A DNA stretch of 64,000 nucleotides from an uncultured delta proteobacterium. Lineage in GTDB: Bacteria; Myxococcota_A; Polyangia; Polyangiales; Polyangiaceae. The notes under the pieces were generated by a model. The model made no database searches and was not told the DNA's origin. It worked only from the letters and a program-made list of their open reading frames with translations. The stretch lies in contig CAVQUB010000032.1 in the NCBI GenBank assembly GCA_963716725.1, positions 224,001-288,000 of the forward strand, written 5' to 3'. Position numbers and translations under genes: made by a program. Shown here one piece after another: positions 20,884 through 31,357 of this stretch (within the stretch, counting starts at the first letter, position 1; every line of letters begins with the position of its first letter).

Positions 20884-22104
20884 CTAGGGCTGAACGATCA
20901 CCACCGCGTCGGGGTCACGGTGCAAGAGCTTGCCGGTCTCTCCCGGGCAGCCCCAACAGGTGCTGAAGTGCAAGCGTGGCCGGATGTAGCCGCTGTACGC
21001 GAAGGCGACCGGTCCCGGTTCGTTCTTCATCACGAAGCTCGACGCGAGCAGGTACTCGTCCTTGCCCGCCACGTGAAAGGCCGCGACAAAGGAGGTGCTG
21101 TCGCCGGAACGGGCGCTGACGAGCAAGTACTGGGCTCCCGCCACCGGATTCCACAAGAGCGGGGCGACGGTGAAGAGGAAGCCCTTCTTGTCCTTGGTGC
21201 CGCGCTCGACCACCGCGTTGGCTGAGTCGGGCTCGCGAAAGAACTTCACGTCCTTGGCCAGGGACGCCGTGCGTGGATCTGCGGCGAGCAATTTCTCGAG
21301 GTCCTCGGCGCTGATCTTGGCCCGCTCGAAGGTCTGACCTAGAACCGCTTCCTTGATGACCGCGGCGTTGGGCGGACCGTGGCAACACCGAAAGCCCAGG
21401 TCCTCGCTGCTAGTGGCAGCGTCGATGCCGTTGCGGGCAGCGCAACGATGATCGTGCACCGGAGCTTTGGAGGCGGCGCCGCGAGTGGCCGCTCGACGGG
21501 TGGAGCCGTCGTCGGTTGGGACCACGTCGCTCGCCGTCCATTCGCGCAACGCTCCCATGCCGAGCGCATCGAATCCGGTCGCGCAGCTCCGCGCTTCTTC
21601 CTTGCAGCGAGGGTCCCAGGCGGCTCCCGTGGCAAAGCTCTCACTCGCCGGACCCTTGCAGGCGCGCTCCCATTCGAGTTCAGTGCAGAGCCGAGCGCCC
21701 TTCTGCGCGCACAGCCGCTTGGCCATGTCGCGCGAGACGCCGGTCTTCGGGGGCAGGGTCGGATCGTTGGGGTAGGGCAGCCGGTCGATCTCGAAGGGCC
21801 CCAGCTCCAGGTCGTGCAGGACCGGTTCCAGGTCGGGCCGCCGTCCGGGATCGCCGGGGCGGCTGCCCGCACGGAACACGCCGCCGGGGATCTTCGCGCG
21901 GGCGTCGGGCTTGGCTTCTTCCTTGGGTTTGCGAACGGAGGCCAGCGGCGGCGCGCTCGTCGCCGTCGCGCTCGGACCGGTGCTTGCGGCCGTGCCCTCG
22001 GCCGGCTTTGCGCAGCCGGTGGCCGCGCACACCACGACGACGCCGGACCGGACGATGCTCGCGATCGACGTGGCGGATCGCGGTCTCTGGGGGTAGATCC
22101 ACAT
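20884..22104 (-). CDS. SUMF1/FGE-sulfatase domain lipoprotein with an extra C-terminal domain
   Basis: FEIDRLPYPN, LCAQKGARLCTELEWERACKG, GALREWT and LGFRCC. Confidence 0.8.
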   Translation of the reverse strand: MWIYPQRPRSATSIASIVRSGVVVVCAATGCAKPAEGTAASTGPSATATSAPPLASVRKPKEEAKPDARAKIPGGVFRAGSRPGDPGRRPDLEPVLHDLELGPFEIDRLPYPNDPTLPPKTGVSRDMAKRLCAQKGARLCTELEWERACKGPASESFATGAAWDPRCKEEARSCATGFDALGMGALREWTASDVVPTDDGSTRRAATRGAASKAPVHDHRCAARNGIDAATSSEDLGFRCCHGPPNAAVIKEAVLGQTFERAKISAEDLEKLLAADPRTASLAKDVKFFREPDSANAVVERGTKDKKGFLFTVAPLLWNPVAGAQYLLVSARSGDSTSFVAAFHVAGKDEYLLASSFVMKNEPGPVAFAYSGYIRPRLHFSTCWGCPGETGKLLHRDPDAVVIVQP

Positions 22105-22168
22105 GGCCGGCTCCGGCGACCTTGACCAAGGACGCCCTCCTCTGCAACCCCTTTGCGCCTCGGACACC

Positions 22169-22426
22169 ATGACCCACCCGCTCGCCAGTCGCCTCGCTCC
22201 GCTCATGAGTCACGATCTCCAGGAGCTGCACGCCATCGTCGCGGAGTGGGTCATCGATTCGGGCGACGCGCTCGAGCGCGCGCGCTATCGCGTGTTCGGC
22301 TCGGAACTCGGCGCGGTGAAGCGACGCATTTCGGCCCGCAGCTCTCCGCCGACTCATGAAGAGATCGAGATCGCGCTCACCGCGGTGCTGGCGTTGTCTG
22401 CGCGCCGCGTCCGAGCTCGCGCGTGA
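22169..22426 (+). CDS. Hypothetical protein, translationally coupled to the larA-like gene
   Basis: 85-aa helical ORF whose stop overlaps the next GTG (GTGA). Confidence 0.6.
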   Translation: MTHPLASRLAPLMSHDLQELHAIVAEWVIDSGDALERARYRVFGSELGAVKRRISARSSPPTHEEIEIALTAVLALSARRVRARA

Positions 22427-23559
22427 GCTCTTTCGCGGAGCGAGCCCTTCGAGCTCTTCCGCCCGACCTCCTCACGCTGCGCACGCCCCGGGCCGCGGAT
22501 CAGCGGGCGTCCGTCGTCGACCTTTGTCGCGGCGCGTTGCTTTCACCCGTCGCGAGCCCGCCCCTGGACCGCCTGGCGCAAGGTGCTCGCCGCATCGCCG
22601 TGATCGTGAGTGACGAATCTCGCGACGAGCCTCGCTCCGACATGCTCAGGGCGTTGCGCGAAGTGCTGCCCTGGGATCGCGTGACTCTGGTCGTCGCATC
22701 GGGCACTCACGAGGCCAGCCATCGGGCCGTGCCGGACGAGCACCGCGATCGGCCCGTCGTCGTCCACGGGTCTGGGTCGACCGTGGTGGACCTGGGGCGG
22801 ACGACGAGGGGAACGCGCATCCGACTCCTCGACGTCGTGGCCGAGGCCGATCTCGTGGTCGCGACGGGTCGGGTCAGGCCCCACTACTTCGCGGGGCTCT
22901 CGGCGGGCGCCAAGGCCATCTTTCCGGGGGTGGCGCTGGCCGAAGACATCCTCGCCAACCACCTGCTCAAGAGCGAGCCCAGCGCCCGGCTCGGGCGCGT
23001 GCACGACAACGCCTGCCGCTTGGACATGGAAGAAGCCGCGAGAGCCCTGCCCGGCGTGGCGTTCTTGCTCAATCTGCTCTGCGACGTCGACGGAACGCCG
23101 ATTGCGGCTGCCGCCGGCGATCTGGTCGCGGCGCATCGGGCCCTGGTGGAGCCGGCACGTCGAACATTCACCGTCCAGGCTCCCCGATCGCCGGTGGTGA
23201 TCGTCGCGGACCAACCTCCGGTGTCCAGCAGCCTCTATCAAGCATCGAAGCTCCTGCCCCCCGCTGGCGCGCTGCTCGACGTTGGCGGCGTGGTGATCTT
23301 GGTCGCGGATCTCGCGCAGGGGATCGGCCCCGTCGAGCGGGTGAACCAAGGCATCTACCAGCTCGGTGTGCGGCCCCAGCTCCCAGCGCAGCACCGGGTG
23401 CTGCTGGTCAGCGAGCTCGCGGAAGAGATCGCCACCCGAAGCTACGCGGAGCCACGTCGCAGCCTTCGCGCGGCGCTGGACGAGGCGCTGGCTGCGACCG
23501 GCGCGACGCGCGCGGTGGCGCTCTGGCGCGCCGGCGAGCTGATCGCCGTGCCCGAATGA
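22423..23559 (+). CDS. Lactate racemase (LarA)-family nickel-pincer enzyme homolog
   Basis: SDESR, ASGTH, PHYFAGLSAGAKAIFPG, ILANH and YQASK line up with the LarA D/R, H, H..K, H and Q..K motifs. Confidence 0.78.
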   Translation: MSSFAERALRALPPDLLTLRTPRAADQRASVVDLCRGALLSPVASPPLDRLAQGARRIAVIVSDESRDEPRSDMLRALREVLPWDRVTLVVASGTHEASHRAVPDEHRDRPVVVHGSGSTVVDLGRTTRGTRIRLLDVVAEADLVVATGRVRPHYFAGLSAGAKAIFPGVALAEDILANHLLKSEPSARLGRVHDNACRLDMEEAARALPGVAFLLNLLCDVDGTPIAAAAGDLVAAHRALVEPARRTFTVQAPRSPVVIVADQPPVSSSLYQASKLLPPAGALLDVGGVVILVADLAQGIGPVERVNQGIYQLGVRPQLPAQHRVLLVSELAEEIATRSYAEPRRSLRAALDEALAATGATRAVALWRAGELIAVPE

Positions 23560-23679
23560 CGCGCTGCAAAAGCAGGCGTCCACGCCGAGATCCGCGCGGC
23601 TGGCCCGTCCACTGACCGCGGCGGTCACGCTGGGCCGAAAATGCGCTAGGTTCCCCGTCCCCGCCCGGAGGCGCCGTCG

Positions 23680-25643
23680 ATGAGTGAGCAACAGGTCCGG
23701 ATCACCGGACGCATCCTGTATCTGACTGAAGACCCAGACATCCTACGTAAGCAGCTCGCGGGGGAGAGCATCGCCTACGACGCCGGCAGAAAGCTGGTCG
23801 ACAACATCTCGACCGACGAGCTGACGCCCGGATGGGTTTGTTACTACTACGACGAGACCCTGGCGCGCTACTGCTTGGTCGGACTGCGCGGCAGTGTGAT
23901 CGAGAAAGACTCGATCAAGAGCGGCGGGTTCGGGGTGATCGTGAGCGGGCGCAGCAAGGGCTGCGGCTCGTCCCGCGAGACCGCGCCTTACTCCGAGTTG
24001 AAGGCCGGCGTGCAGCTGGTCATCGCGGAGAGCATCGAGAAGATCTACGGGCAGAACGCCCAGAACATCGGTCTGCTCACCTCGACCGACTTCTCTCTGA
24101 TCGATCGCATCGAGCGCGGCGAGGCCATCCCAATCTCCGAGTTCACCAAGGGTCTCGATCCGATCAGCGCGCAGATCGTCGAGTACGGGGGGCTGTTTGC
24201 ATACAACCGCAAGCGCGATGGCGGGGGAGATCGCGCCACCTCCGCTGGAGACCCAGCGCCGCCCCATGAACGTGTGCGAGAAGATCATCGCGTCACGCGC
24301 CATCGCCGACGCCCGCACCGGGGCGCTGGGCGTGGCCGCCGTGAAGCCCGGAGACGCGCTCTTCGTGCGCACCGACGTGCGCTTCAGCCACGAGTACGTG
24401 ACGCCGATGGCCGAGTCGTTGTTCCGCGCAGGCTTCGGCGAGGACGCGAAGGTGAGCGAGCCCGAGAGCGTGTTTGCGTTCCGCGATCACCTCACGTTCT
24501 TGGACCTCGTGATGCCCGAGGCCCACAAGAAGATGGGGCTCGACGACCAGGCGGCCTCGCTGGCGACGGTGCAGGAGTCCTTCTCCAAGCGCCAGGGCAT
24601 TCGCTTGTACGGCGAAGTCACCCGCGACGGTCGCACGGTGGGCAGCGAAGCCATCTGCCACAACAAGGTGATCGAGGAGCTGGCGCTGCCCGGCCAGGTC
24701 GTCGCCGGGACCGACTCGCACACCTGCATGGCGAGGAGCGCTCGGCTGCTTCGCGTTCGGAGTCGGCAGCACCGACATGGCCAACGCGTGGTTCACCCGC
24801 GACGTGCGGGTCAAGGTGCCGGAGACCGTGCGTTTCGTGCTGCAGCGGTGAGCTTCGCGCCGGCGTCTGTGCCAAGGACGTCATGCTGCACATCCTCTCG
24901 CTCGATCACTTCAAGTCCGGCAGCGGCATCGGCAAGGTGCTCGAGTTCTCGGGCGATGGCGTCGAGAACCTGCTCGCTGGACGAGCGCGCCACCCTCACC
25001 AACATGGCGGTCGAGGCCGGCGGCTTCACCGGCATCATCGAGGCCGACGAGGTCGTGGTGGAGTACCTGGTCGAGATGCGCGGGCTTCCCGCCGACGAAG
25101 TACGCGCAGAAGATCGTGCGCGCCGACCCAGACGCAAGCTATGCGGCGACCTTCGAGATCGACCTGGGCAAGGTGGTTCCGATGGTGGCGACCCCGGGCG
25201 ATCCGCGCAACGGCGTACCGCTGACCAGTCTCGACGACGTGAAGATCGACATCGCCTACGGCGGCTCGTGCACCGGCGGCAAGAAGGCTGACATGGACAT
25301 GTACGCCGCGGTCCTCGAGCGCGCGCTCGCCCAAGGGCGCCGCGTTGCCGACGGCGTGCAGCTCTACATCCAGTTCGGTTCGCAGCACATCCGGCAGTAC
25401 GCTGAGCAGAAGGGCTACATCCAGATCTTCCAGCGCGCCGGCGCCAACCTCGTCGACCCCTCCTGCGGCGCCTGCATCAGGGCGGGTCCCGGCGTCTCGT
25501 TCACGTCGGACGAGGTGACGGTCAGCGCCATCAACCGCAACTTCCCAGGACGGAGCGGCCCCGGAAAGGTGTACCTCGCGAGCCCGCTGGTGGTGGCGGC
25601 GAGCGCCATCGCCGGCAAGATCGTGGCGCCCGACGCGATCTGA
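23680..25643 (+). CDS. Aconitase-family hydro-lyase with the swivel (LeuD-like) domain N-terminal to the LeuC-like domain (apparent indels near 24.2-25.1 kb)
   Basis: DNISTDELTP, GCGSSRETAP, FSHEY, AFRDH, AICH, GTDSHTCM, ERATLTNM, GGSCTGG, PSCGACI and SAINRNFPGRSG. Confidence 0.85.
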
Positions 25644-25683
25644 CTCCGTCTGAGCGTCTTGGCACGATCAAATCAGGGTCGGC

Positions 25684-26295
25684 ATGAGCAGCAAGAAACG
25701 ACGAAAGGGACCGGCGAACGCGGGCCCTGCCGACCCGCCCCCGGGAGCGGGCGCGAATCCTCACGCCTACCAGGTCGGTCCGGAGGTCGTGGTGACGCTC
25801 ACCTACGAGGTGTTCGACAGCGACGGCGAGCTCGTGGGCGGCAGCGAGGGTCCGCGCTCGATCTTGTTCGGGTTCGGGGAGATATTGCCGCAGGTGGAGC
25901 GGGCGCTCGAGGGCGCGCTGCCCGGGGAGGCGCGCAGCGTCCAGGTGAAGGCGAAGGAAGCGTTCGGCGAACGTGATCCCAAAGCGCTGCTCGAGGTCGA
26001 CCCCGCGGACTTCCCTGCCGACGTGGCGCCCGGCGACAGCTTCGAAGCCGAGGGCAGCGAGGGCGAAGTGATCGTGCTGCGCGTCCTCGACGTGACGCCC
26101 GACGCGGTGATCGTGGACCAGAATCATCCGCTGGCCGGTCGTTCCCTTCGGGTCGAGCTGAGCGTGCTGGATACGCGCCCGGCCACCCCGGAAGAGGTCG
26201 ACGCGGCGGCCCGAGGGCTCGACGCACCCGTCCAGACCGCCGAGACACAGCTGATTGTGGCTGAGCGCTTGCTTCGTGGGCCCACCCAGCGCTAG
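25684..26295 (+). CDS. slyD: FKBP-type peptidyl-prolyl isomerase, SlyD-like
   Basis: VVTLTYEV, VERALEG, EAFGERD, VDQNHPLAGRSL and RPATPEE. Confidence 0.85.
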   Translation: MSSKKRRKGPANAGPADPPPGAGANPHAYQVGPEVVVTLTYEVFDSDGELVGGSEGPRSILFGFGEILPQVERALEGALPGEARSVQVKAKEAFGERDPKALLEVDPADFPADVAPGDSFEAEGSEGEVIVLRVLDVTPDAVIVDQNHPLAGRSLRVELSVLDTRPATPEEVDAAARGLDAPVQTAETQLIVAERLLRGPTQR

Positions 26296-26358
26296 GAAAC
26301 GCTCGCGCAACCGTCGAAGGGCCGTCCGGTCCTGGGCGAGGGCACGGAGACGACGAAG

Positions 26359-26568
26359 ATGAACGATTCTGACTTCTTCAAGCACGACATTCGGATCCGC
26401 GAGCGCATGTTGCGCCGGGGTTTCGTGACCGAGTCCGAAGTTGCCCGCCACCTCGAGGGCCTGGTGGACGCCGAGTCCAAGAGCGAGACGCTCGATCACC
26501 ACCAGCCAGCGCTGGGCTACGGCGATGAGGACGACGAGGACGACGACGACGACGAGGCGACATCGTGA
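26359..26568 (+). CDS. Small hypothetical protein with an acidic tail
   Basis: DIRIRERMLRRG core and poly-D/E tail; coupled to the next gene. Confidence 0.7.
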   Translation: MNDSDFFKHDIRIRERMLRRGFVTESEVARHLEGLVDAESKSETLDHHQPALGYGDEDDEDDDDDEATS

Positions 26569-26915
26569 CTCCGGAGGGGGTGGACGGGCCGAGCAGCGGG
26601 CAGCAGCGTGACGCCCTGGAGGCGTTCGAGGCTGCCAATCAAGACAGCGCTCGCGAACGGGAGCAAATGCCCCCTGTCGACTTCGCGACCTTCGTGCTCT
26701 CGCTCTACCACTCCGCCCGCATGCACCTTGGTGACGCACCCAACCCCGAAGGCGCCGCGCTGCCCGAGTTGCCGCTCGCCCGACAGACCATCAATCTCAT
26801 CGGGCTCGTCCAGGACAAGACCCGAGGCAATTTGACCGGTGAGGAAGAGCGCATCTTGGAGCAAGCGCTCTATGATCTCCGCATGCGCTACGTCGAGGTC
26901 ACGAAGTCGAAGTGA
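26565..26915 (+). CDS. DUF1844 domain protein
   Basis: DFATFVLSL, ARQTINLI, KTRGNLTGEE and LYDLRMRYV. Confidence 0.85.
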   Translation: MTPEGVDGPSSGQQRDALEAFEAANQDSAREREQMPPVDFATFVLSLYHSARMHLGDAPNPEGAALPELPLARQTINLIGLVQDKTRGNLTGEEERILEQALYDLRMRYVEVTKSK

Positions 26916-28078
26916 CGCGAGCCTGTGTTCTCGTTCTCGCTGCGCTGGCGCTGCTGGGATGTCGGCGCTCGAGCCCCGGCGGAGCAGACGCCGGACCGCC
27001 CGGATCAGCGACCGCAGCGCCGGTCGTCTCCCCGACGGTCGCGCTCCCGCTCGCGCCTCCCCTCGACGCGCCTCGGAGCTTTGCGGACCTGGCCGCGAAG
27101 GCTGATCCGGCGGTGGCCTTCGTCAGGACGACCCAGGAGCAACAGGGCCGTACCGGTCGACGCCGCGTGATCGGTGAGGGACTCGGCAGCGCTTTCGTCT
27201 ACGATCCGAGCGGGCTCGTTCTCACCAACAATCACGTCATCAAAGGCGCGACCGACATTCGGGTCTTGATCCAGAAGAAGGAGTTCAAGGCCAAGGTGGT
27301 CGGTCGCGACGGGCCGACGGACATCGCGGTATTGCGCGTCGAGTCCAAGGATTTGGCTCACCTGCCCTTGGGAGACTCCGATGGGACGCGGGTCGGTGAC
27401 TGGGTGGTTGCCATCGGCAATCCCTTCGGCCTGGCTCACACCGTCTCGGCGGGCATCGTGTCGGCCAAGGGGCGAACTGGCTCCGACGTGCGCGGTTTGG
27501 GCGACGGAACCGGTTACTACAACTTCCTCCAGACCGACGCCGCCATCAATCAGGGCAACAGCGGCGGACCGCTCTTGGACCTCGGCGGTCGGGTGGTGGG
27601 CATCAATACGGCGATTCGCGCCAACGCCAACAGCATTGGCTTCGCCATCCCCATCAACATGGTCAAGGAGTTGCTCCCTCGCTTGATCAAGGACGGAAAG
27701 GTCATCCGCAGCGCGATCGGGATCCGAGTGTCGTCGCTGGTCACCGAGGACAGCACGCGCCTCGGGCTTGGAGACGCCACCGGCGCCCTCGTACGTTCCG
27801 TGCTGCCCGCGGGCCCAGCGGACAAGGCCGGCGTACAGATCGACGACGTGATCACCGCCTTCGAGGGCGAGCCTGTGCCCGGTCCCGAGAAGCTGCGCTG
27901 GGTCGCGAGCCTCGCCGGCGTCGGAAAAGCCGTGACGCTGCGCATCACTCGGGGCAAGAGGACGCTCGAGCTCAAGGTCGTCTTGAACGAGCTGCCCGAC
28001 CAAGAGAATTCGGCCGAAGAGCCCGACCCCGACCCCGACCCCGCGCCGGCGCCCGGGCTGCCGCCGGGGCACCCCTGA
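26912..28078 (+). CDS. HtrA/DegP-like serine protease with PDZ domain (lipoprotein)
   Basis: LTNNHV, TDIAVL, AIGNPFGL, LQTDAAINQGNSGGPL and a PDZ domain. Confidence 0.93.
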   Translation: MTRACVLVLAALALLGCRRSSPGGADAGPPGSATAAPVVSPTVALPLAPPLDAPRSFADLAAKADPAVAFVRTTQEQQGRTGRRRVIGEGLGSAFVYDPSGLVLTNNHVIKGATDIRVLIQKKEFKAKVVGRDGPTDIAVLRVESKDLAHLPLGDSDGTRVGDWVVAIGNPFGLAHTVSAGIVSAKGRTGSDVRGLGDGTGYYNFLQTDAAINQGNSGGPLLDLGGRVVGINTAIRANANSIGFAIPINMVKELLPRLIKDGKVIRSAIGIRVSSLVTEDSTRLGLGDATGALVRSVLPAGPADKAGVQIDDVITAFEGEPVPGPEKLRWVASLAGVGKAVTLRITRGKRTLELKVVLNELPDQENSAEEPDPDPDPAPAPGLPPGHP

Positions 28079-28138
28079 ACCGCGGCCTGGTTCACCGGGC
28101 AGGGGCACCCGACTTGCATCGGGCGTAGAGTGACCGCG

Positions 28139-28951
28139 ATGACCGAAGGGCAGAGGCCGGGCGCAGCCCCCCCGCCCCGGGCCGTAAGCCCGGTAGCAGG
28201 GTCGCGTTCTGCATCCGTGAAAGGAAACGGGGCACCTGAGCCCACCCGGCCCGAGCTCGCGCCCCGGCCTGACACCGCTGTCGCGGCCAACGTGAATAGC
28301 GGTGCGCGGGCGGCGTCCAACCGACTGGTAAGACAGGCAGAAGCCGAGGAAGACCGTGCTCTCATCGACCGCGCCCGAACCGGCGACAAACTCGCGTTCC
28401 GTCAGCTGGTGGACAGGCATCAGCGGCGAGCCTTTGCCATCGCGCTTTCGTTGGTTCGCGACGAGAACGACGCCCGTGAGGTCGTCCAAGAAGCCTTCAT
28501 CAGGGTCTTCCGAGGCATCGACTCCTTCCACGGCGGTTCGAGCTTTTTCACCTGGCTCTACCGCATCGTCACGAATCTCTCCATCGACCTCATGCGGAAA
28601 CCAGCTCGCCGCGACCAAGAGCTCGACGAGTCGCGCGAGATCAAGGACGAGTTCGACATCCCGCTGCTCGCGCGCCTCGACGGTGCTGATCCCGCCGACG
28701 TCGTGCGTCGCGGTGAGATCCGCCAGAAGATCCAGAGCGCGCTGGACGCGCTCCCGCCCTATCACCGTGGCGTCATCGTCATGCGAGAGGTTGAGGGGAT
28801 GAGCTACGAAGAGATGGCGCAGGCGATGGGCGTATCGAAGGGCACCATCATGAGCCGACTGTTTCATGCTCGGCAGAAGCTCCAACGAGCGCTGGCCGAC
28901 TGCTATGCGGAGCAAATTGGCGCGCATCCGCGTGCCGCGGAGGAGTCGTGA
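28139..28951 (+). CDS. ECF RNA polymerase sigma factor (RpoE-like)
   Basis: GDKLAFRQLV, VVQEAFI, FFTWLYRIVTNLSID, EGMSYEEMA and GTIMSRLFHAR. Confidence 0.93.
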   Translation: MTEGQRPGAAPPPRAVSPVAGSRSASVKGNGAPEPTRPELAPRPDTAVAANVNSGARAASNRLVRQAEAEEDRALIDRARTGDKLAFRQLVDRHQRRAFAIALSLVRDENDAREVVQEAFIRVFRGIDSFHGGSSFFTWLYRIVTNLSIDLMRKPARRDQELDESREIKDEFDIPLLARLDGADPADVVRRGEIRQKIQSALDALPPYHRGVIVMREVEGMSYEEMAQAMGVSKGTIMSRLFHARQKLQRALADCYAEQIGAHPRAAEES

Positions 28952-29553
28952 GTCGTCATCTCGACCTGATGCGCCTGCATGACGGCGAGTTCGGCCCCGA
29001 GGAGGCGTCGGAGCTCGAGCGCAGTCTCTCGCCGGAGGACCGCCGCGTCCTGGCCGGGCTCGAGCAGATAGGCGATGTCATTCGCGCCTACGAGCCCGAG
29101 GCGCTCGATCGCTTCGACGGGGTCGCGGACCAGGTGATGGCCTCGCTCGGCCGCGTCGACAACGTGGTTGCCCTTGGCCCCAGAGTCGAGATCGCGACGG
29201 AGACCCTGGGGCCCCGGCGGGCGCGAGCGCGGAGCGGGCCAGTGGTCGCGATCGGGCTCGCACTCGCAGCTGCGGCCGCCGCGGCGCTGTGGATGACGAC
29301 GCCCGGGGGGCCCTCGCCGGCCAGCACCGCGTCGGTGGCACCCTTGCTGGCTCCTGCGCCTCAGACTCCCGTCGCGGACCCGTCGTCGCCTCCCGCGGCG
29401 ACGGACGACGACGCGGATCTTGCCGCCACGATCGAGGCGGTGGATTTCGGCAATCGAGCTGGGACCATCTTCATGGTTCCCGCCGGTGACCAGAGCACTC
29501 CAGTCGTCTGGTTGGTGGACGAGGCGCCGAGCGGTAGAATGGAGCCGCTATGA
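28948..29553 (+). CDS. Putative membrane anti-sigma factor
   Basis: Coupled to the ECF gene; LMRLHDGE N-terminus, single TM, short periplasmic tail. Confidence 0.7.
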   Translation: MSRHLDLMRLHDGEFGPEEASELERSLSPEDRRVLAGLEQIGDVIRAYEPEALDRFDGVADQVMASLGRVDNVVALGPRVEIATETLGPRRARARSGPVVAIGLALAAAAAAALWMTTPGGPSPASTASVAPLLAPAPQTPVADPSSPPAATDDDADLAATIEAVDFGNRAGTIFMVPAGDQSTPVVWLVDEAPSGRMEPL

Positions 29554-30080
29554 AAGCTCGCTGCCTGCTCTTGCTCGCGCCAGCCCTCTTGTTGGCTGTC
29601 CCCGCCATCGCCGACGACCAAGCCGGTAGGACTCCGCCGGCCAAGGCTGACAAGCCGAAGGACCCGAAGGCCAGAGAAAACAAGAAGCCCGCCGAGCCCG
29701 AGCTGGGCACCGAGGTGATGGTCCTGCACGCGACGAACTCGGGCAAGGGCATCGACTCCCGCATCGGCAACATGCCCGAGCTGAAGAAGCCCCCGTTCTC
29801 GTCGTACGACAGCTACGAGTTCGTCTCCAAGACGCGCTTGCAGCTCTCGAAAGACGACAAGACGATGACCCTGCCCAATGGCAGGGTTCTGAAGACCAAG
29901 CTGCTGGAGGTGATGCCGGACAAGCAGCACCTGCGCATCAGCGCGAGCATCAACCAGCCGAGGGGCAAGACCTTCCTGCCGCTCTTGGAGGTGAAGGCCA
30001 AGGTCGGCCAGACCTTCATCGTCGCCGGCCAGAGTTACAAAGGCGGGATCTTGGTGCTCGTGATCCGTGTGGTGAAGTGA
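29550..30080 (+). CDS. Secreted hypothetical protein (third gene of the ECF operon)
   Basis: Signal peptide MKARCLLLLAPALLLAVPAIA; ATGA overlap with the upstream gene. Confidence 0.7.
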   Translation: MKARCLLLLAPALLLAVPAIADDQAGRTPPAKADKPKDPKARENKKPAEPELGTEVMVLHATNSGKGIDSRIGNMPELKKPPFSSYDSYEFVSKTRLQLSKDDKTMTLPNGRVLKTKLLEVMPDKQHLRISASINQPRGKTFLPLLEVKAKVGQTFIVAGQSYKGGILVLVIRVVK

Positions 30081-30085
30081 ACCGG

Positions 30086-31357
30086 TCAGCCGCGTGTTGG
30101 AGGTGGCTTCGTCGAGCCTCTCCGGGCGGCCGCCGGTAACTCGAGCACGAACGTCGTCCCCATATCCAGCGTGCTCGTGACGGACACCGTCCCGCCGTGG
30201 GCGATGACGATGTCGCGCACGATCGACAGTCCGAGCCCCGTCCCGCGGCCTTCGGTCTTGGTCGTGAAGAAAGGCTCAAACACCTGGTCGATATGGCCGG
30301 GGTCGATGCCGGCACCTTCGTCGTCGACTCTTATTTGGATACGGTTCGACGCAGGCTCGACCTCGGTCGTGATCACGAGTCGGCCGCCACGTCCCGTCAT
30401 GGAGTGGGAGGCGTTGGTGAAGACGTTGACAAAAACCTGCGTCAGCTGTCCGCCCAGGCCCAGCACTGCGGGCAGCCCCGGTTTCCAGTGGCGTTCCACC
30501 TTGACCTCCGACTTCTCGAGTTCGTGCTCACAGAAGACCAGGGCCTTGTCGATGACCTCGTGGATCTGCACGGGTGCGGGCACGTCCGCCGAGGGGCGCG
30601 CGTAGGCCACCAGGTCCCGGGAGAACCTCAAGATCCGCTGCGCTGCCTCGCCGATGCGTCGCGCTCGTTCGACGTCGTCGCTCGAGTCGTCGCGGGTCTC
30701 GAGCCGACGCTTCAGGTAGTCGGCATAAGCGACGATGGAGGTGAGCGGATTGTTGAGTTCGTGCACGACGCCAGCCACGATCTGACCCAGCGAGGCGAGC
30801 TTCTCGGTCTGAATCACCTGCGCTTGCAGGCGCTTCATGGCGGTAGCGCTCAGGGCCTTGCGTTCGAGAGAGCGCGCGCGGCGGATGCTCGCCTCGAGCA
30901 ATGGCACCGCGCGAGTCAGCACCGGCTCGTTCATGGCGCTCAGACGTGCGCGGTCGTCGGTGCCGATGTGGAAGGTGGAGCCGGTCAGCGCCTCGGACAA
31001 CTGCGAGACCTGCTCGTAGGCCAGCCCGGGAAAAAGCCGACTGGGATCGTGACCCCTGCCCGCCTCGACCCCGTCGGGTAGGCGCACCTCCACCAGTTGC
31101 TCGCCCCGGGCCGCGTCCACCACGCAGACGCCGAGGGCGAGATCGGGCAGGAGGGGGCCCAGGCGATCGAGAAAGAGCTGCACTACGGCGTGCGGTCCTT
31201 CCTCCACGGGCAGGTCGATGGCCAGGTAATAAAGCTGATCGAGCGTGGCGCCGTCGATGGGAGCGCGCAGGCCCGAAGGCGTGGGCGCGAGCTCTCGCAG
31301 ATCGGACGCTTCGGTGCGCGGGGGCTCGGTGGAGCGGTCGTCGTCGCGGGCGGTCAT
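30086..31357 (-). CDS. Cytoplasmic sensor histidine kinase
   Basis: GVVHELNNPL, QVFVNVFTNA, DEGAGI and FEPFFTTKTEGRGTGLGL. Confidence 0.92.
   Translation of the reverse strand: MTARDDDRSTEPPRTEASDLRELAPTPSGLRAPIDGATLDQLYYLAIDLPVEEGPHAVVQLFLDRLGPLLPDLALGVCVVDAARGEQLVEVRLPDGVEAGRGHDPSRLFPGLAYEQVSQLSEALTGSTFHIGTDDRARLSAMNEPVLTRAVPLLEASIRRARSLERKALSATAMKRLQAQVIQTEKLASLGQIVAGVVHELNNPLTSIVAYADYLKRRLETRDDSSDDVERARRIGEAAQRILRFSRDLVAYARPSADVPAPVQIHEVIDKALVFCEHELEKSEVKVERHWKPGLPAVLGLGGQLTQVFVNVFTNASHSMTGRGGRLVITTEVEPASNRIQIRVDDEGAGIDPGHIDQVFEPFFTTKTEGRGTGLGLSIVRDIVIAHGGTVSVTSTLDMGTTFVLELPAAARRGSTKPPPTRG

Noticed and set aside
23680..25643. Programmed frameshifting or pseudogene in the aconitase-family gene
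   Set aside because: Several scattered shifts with no slippery heptamer and intact catalytic motifs; sequencing error is simpler.
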